DNA from: a virus
Taxonomy: Duplodnaviria; Caudoviricetes
Length of the DNA: 54,708 nt
Strand: one strand, 5' to 3'
IMG/VR virus record: IMGVR_UViG_3300035670_000266
Span: 1-54,708 of that record
Position numbers and translations under genes: made by a program
In this document: piece after piece, positions 10,701 through 15,388 of the stretch
Layout: every line of letters begins with the position of its first letter
How positions within the stretch are numbered: position 1 is the stretch's first letter
The notes under the pieces: model-generated
Databases searched by the model: none
The model's input: the letters and a program-made list of their open reading frames with translations, nothing else
Told to the model about the DNA's origin: nothing

Positions 10701-11441
10701 GTTAACAACTCATTGTTTGGATCATTCGTTATGATCGACAACACCGCTAAAGTTTATGTTGGTATTGCTGATGATTTAAGTATAGAAGGAAGTGAGTCTG
10801 TTACATTCTTGATTTCTGGTACTGGTGCTTCAGCTGATATTATTATCACAGATAACACTGCCGAGGAACCTCAAGCACCAGATCCAAATCCAAGAAAACC
10901 ATGTTTTGATAAACCAATTGCTGGAGCTCCAATTACAGATGCTAATGGATCAATCATTAGTATTCCTATTGTCAGTACTGGTTGTCCCTATGTGTTCCCA
11001 CCAAAAGTAATCATCACTGGTCCTGGTTACGGTGCTTCTGCTATTGCTTTAACTGATTCTCTTGGTAGAGTAACAGAAATTAGAGTAACAAGATCTGGTA
11101 TTGGATATAACTTGAATCGTCCAGAAGATTCAGACTTACGTTGTGTCATTGATTCATATACCATCATCAGTCCTGGTGTTGGATACACATCGGCCCCAGA
11201 TGTTTATATCGATGGTGTTGCTGGTAGAGCAACAGCTATCATCGATGATAGAGGATATGTTGTCAGTATCCAACCAACAGATAGAACTACAACATACAAT
11301 GAGATACCACAAATTAAAATCATTGGTGGGGGTGGAGCTGGTGCCAGAGTTTTACCTTCTGTTGTCTGCCTAGATACTACAGAATATGAAAATCAAGGTT
11401 ATGCCAAGATTGGTACAGGTCGTTATGTTGATTGTCCATAA
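7734..11441 (+). CDS. gp5: gp5-like baseplate hub protein: N-terminal OB-fold, Calx-beta and Ig-like repeats; no lysozyme domain recognised
   Basis: GFSWWIGQVE...GRYRVRVVG.H...LPWAQVMMPVT...GNWVVGFYLD...PIIMGSI is the gp5 N-terminal signature; VTEGEKAKF...TATQGVDY...EGPETF is Calx-beta-like. Confidence 0.85.
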   Translation: MDPALSSLFPIHQIGSDGFSWWIGQVESEKSTDPKYSGRYRVRVVGTHLKDCDATPTEQLPWAQVMMPVTTPFSDGGVTGATVDLRQGNWVVGFYLDNDRQKPIIMGSIGHTAGATKKSNVDGADPNPGGTCKSFTTFLRDDVNPNLHKPMASSEKRNGDQPAASTTAEDTGVTSPGEAGQIAAAVPGQMPAAFYGLFAEASTTNPTGNKVCVEIANPNCGSENDLKGGLTNIIGEMLKATQQSGGNIGTFYVSKINGELNSYIDHGMEYVNKAVRLVRSFVSRVKGEIVKLIRQGVDKLVDLILFEEVAATDELGNTNTGPVAPDLGVEPFKPITKKQSRLKTIIDTVNDVLDDLGCSMADLTDRLAQWLTDLLLGFLMDAYSNAACLVDTIVNGILNQILAFLEELISTVLGPLQQILSLIASPLDMIGNAIATVLNLLGISCDGPNSQCEKTTKECTDCGSGETEDWLDSLIKQLEDGNLDSSSYVCDEAKNTTALDSLPPTDIIFVGGTFPPGEEDPVENTIPTDIFIRYKSTDIEVTEGEKAKFVIERSGNITTASSLTVTILGGTATQGVDYDKIYTGSSIGFAPGASKKEITFETYKDSVSEGPETFYIKIEPNFTPDGLYPTFPGGNVYKCTINDFDPQKTIGVPFDLPPGTPYIPPALKGVDDIVPGEPLKKFTPLLPTFEVTTDKQYYKEGETITYTITTANVTNLGPYTYTLEGDIIANDIVGGNLTGNFTLDATGQATVTVGLVVNTDSPSFEVTSIDEDGNVTTETVTPVDGIESITFFIEDTPAYATAFILGDDDPLATEATWFVSSDLGYVSEGETVTFTVSTVNVPDGTNFTYKIVGDNITKDDIVGYRLKSSVDFDGNPLQIVNGKCTIPIQIAADVSIEESENFDFIIESYVDEDGVIQLVDDVSTNVIILGDSTTVITPTQVTPAFFVSADKLVYKEGETAIFTITSTNVIDGTVLQYGLYGDNLTNEDFVNNSLFGSFVMIDNTAKVYVGIADDLSIEGSESVTFLISGTGASADIIITDNTAEEPQAPDPNPRKPCFDKPIAGAPITDANGSIISIPIVSTGCPYVFPPKVIITGPGYGASAIALTDSLGRVTEIRVTRSGIGYNLNRPEDSDLRCVIDSYTIISPGVGYTSAPDVYIDGVAGRATAIIDDRGYVVSIQPTDRTTTYNEIPQIKIIGGGGAGARVLPSVVCLDTTEYENQGYAKIGTGRYVDCP

Positions 11442-11453
11442 GGAGTGTGAATA

Positions 11454-12713
11454 ATGGCAGACTCAACCAACAAAGCTCCATCAAAATCTACACAGAAGAA
11501 AATAAACAATGGGTTTACTACTGATGTAGAAGGTTTAGGTAGTAATTATTATGCTGAAGGACCTATCCCAGATTACTCACAGGTAATTGGTGGATTTAAT
11601 ATCACAGCATACAAATTTCCAGATGGAAGTAATGGCATTGCTTTATATAATGGTAAAGCAGCATTTCATATTGACAACAACAATAACATAACTCTTGCTG
11701 CTGGACCACCAGGACAGTCTGGTTGTGGCGGTAAAATGATTGAAAATGTTCAATCAAAACTTACAAAAGCAAAGTCTGTAACAATTGAAGTTACTGGTAG
11801 AGATGATGGTGGTGTTGTAGACAAGAAAGAGAATGCTGATGGTAACATAGAGGAGTCCACTTTACCAGCATACTCTCTTAAAGTCTATGGTCCTTGCTAC
11901 ATTGAAGCTATTGGTGGGGACGTAGCAATTAAAGGAGATAATATTACACTCAATGCTAGTAGCACATTAAATCTCAAATCAAATAAAGATATTAACATAC
12001 AAGCTGGAGAAAACGGTGGAAAGATTAGTATGTATGGTGGATCATTTGATCTCAATACAGCATTCTTCAACAAAAAACTAACTGGCGGTGAATATAGCGA
12101 AGGTTCTGGTGAATTTGCCGTTGATCAAAACAAACCAGGAGCAAGTGTTAACATCAACACACCTGGCGGAGTTAATTATACGGTCAATGGAGATTATACT
12201 GTCGGCGTGACAGGTGATTATAAACTAGGAGTTTCTGGTAACTCCGCAATCAACGTGAAAAAAGACTTTGCCTTGGAAGTAAAAGGAAAGTATGGTGAAG
12301 TCATCGACGGCAAGATGAAGACAGAAATTAAAGGTGTTGATAGTAAACCAGCATCATCACAGCAAGAAAATTATGTCATTGAAGTTGGACCAAATTCCAA
12401 GAAAAATAATGCTGGATTAAAAATAAGTTCTGATAGCAAAGTTGAGTTTGCCAATAGAGAAGGCGGATACAAAATGGAAGTTGGTAAACAACTAGCATCA
12501 CTTGAGTTGAATAGCAAAAAATTTAGTGCTACAACTGGATCTAAGTTGGGATCTATTAACATGGACGAGAAGCAGGCACAAATGAAATTTGGTGAGACTG
12601 CTAAAGTATCTGTTAGTCAAAAAGAATCTGTACTTGAAAATTCTAAGTCATCTAAGATCACTGTCAAGCCTGATGGTGTTGACATCGTTGGTCCTAAGAT
12701 TTTCCTAAATTGA
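11454..12713 (+). CDS. gp5 C-terminal beta-helix spike-like protein
   Basis: 8-residue VxGxxxxx periodicity (VNGDYTVGVTGDYKLGVSGNSAINV); ends GPKIFLN like spike C-termini. Confidence 0.7.
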   Translation: MADSTNKAPSKSTQKKINNGFTTDVEGLGSNYYAEGPIPDYSQVIGGFNITAYKFPDGSNGIALYNGKAAFHIDNNNNITLAAGPPGQSGCGGKMIENVQSKLTKAKSVTIEVTGRDDGGVVDKKENADGNIEESTLPAYSLKVYGPCYIEAIGGDVAIKGDNITLNASSTLNLKSNKDINIQAGENGGKISMYGGSFDLNTAFFNKKLTGGEYSEGSGEFAVDQNKPGASVNINTPGGVNYTVNGDYTVGVTGDYKLGVSGNSAINVKKDFALEVKGKYGEVIDGKMKTEIKGVDSKPASSQQENYVIEVGPNSKKNNAGLKISSDSKVEFANREGGYKMEVGKQLASLELNSKKFSATTGSKLGSINMDEKQAQMKFGETAKVSVSQKESVLENSKSSKITVKPDGVDIVGPKIFLN

Positions 12714-12772
12714 TTTTTTGATTACCTGAATTCGGAAAAAAATTTCCCGCCAAAAATTTAATAAAAAGGTTG
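12707..12772. repeat. Intergenic A/T-tract element, copy 1
   Basis: aaattgattttttgattacctgaattcggaaaaaaatttcccgccaaaaatttaataaaaaggttg; aligns with 15274-15339. Confidence 0.8.
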
Positions 12773-12773
12773 A

Positions 12774-12781
12774 CCTAAATA
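12774..12781 (+). promoter_or_regulatory. T4-type late promoter (CCTAAATA)
   Basis: TAAATA core 24 nt upstream of ATG 12806. Confidence 0.55.
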
Positions 12782-12805
12782 AACCTAGTTGTGAACGAGT
12801 GTTTT

Positions 12806-13132
12806 ATGCTTTCTACACAGTATCGTCTTCGCCTTGAATCAATCTGTGGAAAAATTGTAGCAAATGGAGAAGTGAGTTTGGAAGATATGATATGGGCAGA
12901 AAAGTTAGCAAAAGCAAACAGAACAGCGGGAACAATGCTTCGCCAAGCAAGAAGGACAGCAGCAAATCCTGAAATGCAAGAAGGAGACATGGATGATTTT
13001 TTAAACCAACTTGATATCGGCGGGATTGGTCACGAAGCAAAGGGTATTGCTCGTTTCAATTCTGTTGATGAAATTGTTGATTTCTTTACTGATGGCAGGG
13101 ATAAACCAGAAGACTGGCGCCAAAGGGATTGA
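12806..13132 (+). CDS. Cyanophage-type hypothetical protein
   Basis: MLSTQYRLRLESIC...MDDFLNQLDIG; ATG 12806 preferred over GTG 12791. Confidence 0.75.
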   Translation: MLSTQYRLRLESICGKIVANGEVSLEDMIWAEKLAKANRTAGTMLRQARRTAANPEMQEGDMDDFLNQLDIGGIGHEAKGIARFNSVDEIVDFFTDGRDKPEDWRQRD

Positions 13133-13157
13133 CAAACCTCACAAAACTCAGTAGAAT
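13129..13157 (+). promoter_or_regulatory. Sigma70-type promoter
   Basis: TTGACA-N17-TAGAAT upstream of 13179. Confidence 0.8.
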
Positions 13158-13178
13158 AACTCTGTGGCAGGTTAAGCA

Positions 13179-13802
13179 ATGTATGCGTTAAATGATATTA
13201 CTATAGTAGATAATTTTTTAGAGGATGAGAGTTATCTAAAAATATATTCTTTAATTACTAGCGGTCCTTTTACATGGATTAGAGGATCTATTTTAATGAA
13301 AAGAACAGAGGATTTAGATTCAGATCTTTGTTACTATCAAGACGAAGAAATGTATAACGTACAAATGATGCACGTTATATACAGAAATTTAGATCCTTAT
13401 TCTAAAGAAAAATCTTTAATTGTAGCTGGTAAAAATAAATCTACAAATTTAATTACAGAAACTGAATATATGAGAGTTTTTGTTCCGTTATTATCTAAAA
13501 TAAAACCAGAAATATTAACGAGAATGAAAGTAAATATGACATTTAATTGGGGCAAACAGATATTTTCTGGTTATCATATTGATGAATCTAAATATGTTGA
13601 CAATGGAATGGTTGGTATATATTATTTAAATACCAACAATGGATACACTCAATTTGAAAATGGACAGATAGTAAATTCTGTTGCTAATAGGATGTTATTT
13701 TTTCCGATGAATATGTATCATAGTTGTGTTACTGCTACTGATGTTTCTAATCGATTTGTAATAAATATGAATTGGATTGACAGCAGACGGTTGATCGGGT
13801 AG
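13179..13802 (+). CDS. 2OG-Fe(II) oxygenase-like protein
   Basis: HID, IYYLNTNNGYT, NRMLFFP...YHS...R.VIN motifs. Confidence 0.8.
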   Translation: MYALNDITIVDNFLEDESYLKIYSLITSGPFTWIRGSILMKRTEDLDSDLCYYQDEEMYNVQMMHVIYRNLDPYSKEKSLIVAGKNKSTNLITETEYMRVFVPLLSKIKPEILTRMKVNMTFNWGKQIFSGYHIDESKYVDNGMVGIYYLNTNNGYTQFENGQIVNSVANRMLFFPMNMYHSCVTATDVSNRFVINMNWIDSRRLIG

Positions 13803-13805
13803 GAT
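13777..13805 (+). promoter_or_regulatory. Sigma70-type promoter for first tRNA
   Basis: TTGACA-N17-TAGGAT ending 9 nt before the tRNA. Confidence 0.65.
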
Positions 13806-13814
13806 AGGGACATC

Positions 13815-13887
13815 GCTCGATTAGCTATCTGGTGAAAGCACCCGACTCATAATCGGATATAGGTGGGTTCGATCCCCTCATCGAGCA
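13815..13887 (+). tRNA. tRNA with CAT anticodon, probably Ile2 (lysidine type) rather than Met
   Basis: Acceptor GCTCGAT/ATCGAGC; anticodon arm CCGA-CTCATAA-TCGG like bacterial and plastid trnI-CAU; T loop TTCGATC; no encoded CCA. Confidence 0.85.
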
Positions 13888-13888
13888 C

Positions 13889-13917
13889 TTGACAGTCTCG
13901 GCACTCTATGCTATGAT
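13889..13917 (+). promoter_or_regulatory. Sigma70-type promoter with extended -10
   Basis: TTGACA-N17-TATGAT with TGn before the -10. Confidence 0.8.
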
Positions 13918-13931
13918 TGTCTCATACACAA

Positions 13932-14004
13932 GCCCGTGTAGTCCAACGGTAGAGACAGGAGACTTAAAATCTCTACAGTGTCGGTTCGAATCCGACCACG
14001 GGTA
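13932..14004 (+). tRNA. trnL: tRNA-Leu(TAA) with short variable loop
   Basis: GCCCGTG/CACGGGT acceptor; GGAGA-CTTAAAA-TCTCT; GTCGG-TTCGAAT-CCGAC; 73 nt. Confidence 0.9.
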
Positions 14005-14008
14005 TTCC

Positions 14009-14016
14009 ACTAAATA
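14009..14016 (+). promoter_or_regulatory. T4-type late promoter (ACTAAATA) upstream of the hypothetical-cpeT pair
   Basis: TAAATA 14011-14016, 18 nt before ATG 14035. Confidence 0.6.
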
Positions 14017-14034
14017 ATTTGTAGTGGAAATGCT

Positions 14035-14301
14035 ATGAAATACGCGCTATCTCAAGCATATGTCTTTTATATGGGAGAGGTTGTTCGTATGTATTTCATA
14101 CAAAACATACCATATACTTTTGATGAACTCCCACAAATAATACAAGATCATCCATCTGTTCAAACAGAAGCTCTTCAAAATCGTGATTATGATGACGAAG
14201 ATTTATATATGTCTTGCAATTATTTGATGATAGAAGCATGTCATCCATTAATGTTTGAACTTGAATTAGAAAATCCTGATTTATTACCACAAGATGATTA
14301 A
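14035..14301 (+). CDS. Hypothetical protein coupled to cpeT
   Basis: 88-aa acidic ORF; overlaps cpeT start by 8 nt. Confidence 0.75.
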   Translation: MKYALSQAYVFYMGEVVRMYFIQNIPYTFDELPQIIQDHPSVQTEALQNRDYDDEDLYMSCNYLMIEACHPLMFELELENPDLLPQDD

Positions 14302-14818
14302 AGAATTTTGTAGATTACTTGAAGGAAAATTTGAAAACAAAATTCAAGCATTTTCTCATCCCAGTAAGTATGCTTTTATTCGTGTCACTCATGTGCTATT
14401 AGGTGATGGATTGTTTTACGGTGAGCAAGCATATAATTATCAACTAAATAAACCTTATAGACAGTTTGTTCTTGAACCTATTCTTGAAGGAAATCATATT
14501 CGTATATACAATTACGAAATAGATGATAAGCAAAATTATGTTAATTTTCAAAATCTTGACCAAATCGACCGTAGTGTGCTAAAATTAAAAAGTGGTTGTG
14601 ATGTGGTTGTCGAGCAATTTGATGATTCTTTCAAAGGGAGCTTGACAGGTTGTGATTGTATGGTAGATTGGATGGGGAGACAAACCTATCTTCAAAATGA
14701 GATAGAATTGACTCCCACACACTACTATGTTATGGATCGTGGATTTTGTGCTGAACATCATCATCAAATCTGGGGTTCAAAGTATGGTAGATTTGAGTTT
14801 GCTAGAATGCCCTTGTAG
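14294..14818 (+). CDS. cpeT: T-type phycobiliprotein (bilin) lyase CpeT/CpcT
   Basis: G.FENKIQAFSHP..YAFIRV.H, FYGEQAY..QLNKPYRQ, GCD, DRGF.....QIWGS..G.FEF motifs. Confidence 0.92.
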   Translation: MIKEFCRLLEGKFENKIQAFSHPSKYAFIRVTHVLLGDGLFYGEQAYNYQLNKPYRQFVLEPILEGNHIRIYNYEIDDKQNYVNFQNLDQIDRSVLKLKSGCDVVVEQFDDSFKGSLTGCDCMVDWMGRQTYLQNEIELTPTHYYVMDRGFCAEHHHQIWGSKYGRFEFARMPL

Positions 14819-14880
14819 CTCAGTGGTAGAGCAACGGTTTTGTAAACCGTTGGTCGTCTGTTCGAATCAGATCGGGGGCT
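14809..14880 (+). tRNA. trnT: tRNA-Thr(TGT), overlapping the cpeT stop codon
   Basis: GCCCTTG/CGGGGGC; GCTC-AGTGGTA-GAGC; ACGGT-TTTGTAA-ACCGT; GTCTG-TTCGAAT-CAGAT. Confidence 0.92.
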
Positions 14881-14881
14881 T

Positions 14882-14980
14882 TGATAGGGTTGGAAATATC
14901 CGATCTTATCATACGTTTCGGGATCATCATAACCGAAACAACCAAGTGCCTGGTGTGCCGCTGGCACTAGCGGCACCTTT
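14882..14980 (+). ncRNA. Candidate structured RNA (three hairpins) between tRNAs
   Basis: 13-bp stem 14882-14911; GTTTCGG/CCGAAAC 14915-14939; GTGCCGCT/AGCGGCAC 14955-14976 followed by a T run. Confidence 0.55.
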
Positions 14981-14981
14981 T

Positions 14982-15058
14982 GTCGGGGTAGTGAAGCCTG
15001 GTATCACGGCGGTCTCATAAGCCGCAGAACGTGGGTTCAAATCCCACCCCCGCTCCCA
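14982..15058 (+). tRNA. tRNA-Met(CAT), initiator-like but divergent
   Basis: CGGGG/CCCCG acceptor core, D loop AGCCTGGTA and T loop TTCAAAT as in fMet tRNA; GCGGT-CTCATAA-GCCGC; encoded CCA. Confidence 0.82.
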
Positions 15059-15059
15059 A

Positions 15060-15131
15060 ATCCTGTTAGTCTATTGGTAAGGACGGGTGGACAACACACA
15101 TGGAAACTGGGTTCGATTCCCAGCCAGGATT
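15060..15131 (+). ncRNA. tRNA-like RNA with non-canonical anticodon arm
   Basis: ATCCTG/CAGGAT acceptor, GTCT-ATTGGTAA-GGAC D arm, CTGGG-TTCGATT-CCCAG T arm; no 5-bp stem with 7-nt loop in the anticodon position. Confidence 0.7.
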
Positions 15132-15135
15132 CAAC

Positions 15136-15173
15136 ACCCCTCAAGCCTCTCAACGATGCTCAAACAGAGGGGT
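15136..15173 (+). ncRNA. Small hairpin element between tRNA-like RNA and tRNA-Leu
   Basis: ACCCCTC ... GAGGGGT closing stem with inner AGC/GCT. Confidence 0.35.
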
Positions 15174-15178
15174 CACTA

Positions 15179-15260
15179 GTCGATGTGGCGGAATTGGTAG
15201 ACGCGCTGGGTTTAGGTTCCAGTGAGGTAACTCGTGGAGGTTCAAGTCCTCTCATCGACA
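15179..15260 (+). tRNA. trnL: tRNA-Leu(TAG)
   Basis: GTCGATG/CATCGAC; CTGGG-TTTAGGT-TCCAG; long variable arm GAGGTAACTC; GGAGG-TTCAAGT-CCTCT. Confidence 0.93.
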
Positions 15261-15273
15261 TATATAAATTTCA

Positions 15274-15339
15274 AAATTGACTTTTTGATTACATAAATTG
15301 GGGAAAAAATTCTCCGCCCAAAAATCGTCAAAAAGGTCG
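15274..15339. repeat. Intergenic A/T-tract element, copy 2
   Basis: aaattgactttttgattacataaattggggaaaaaattctccgcccaaaaatcgtcaaaaaggtcg; aligns with 12707-12772. Confidence 0.8.
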
Positions 15340-15341
15340 TG

Positions 15342-15349
15342 TATAAATA
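15342..15349 (+). promoter_or_regulatory. T4 late promoter TATAAATA
   Basis: Exact T4 gp55 consensus 39 nt upstream of the giant structural gene. Confidence 0.8.
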
Positions 15350-15388
15350 CATTGAAGAAGAAAGAAACTATCCTGGGTTTGGCTAATT

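Noticed and set aside
13815-15260. Suppressor tRNA or stop-codon reassignment
   Set aside because: Anticodons TAA and TAG read the Leu codons TTA and CTA; genes end normally at TAA, TAG and TGA under the standard code.
14727-15280. Plus-strand ORFs 14727..15020 and 15074..15280, and minus-strand ORF 14764..14976
   Set aside because: They run across tRNAs and structured RNA; spurious.
12707-15339. Repeated element as CRISPR repeats or IS ends
   Set aside because: Only two imperfect direct copies 2.5 kb apart; no spacers, cas genes or transposase.
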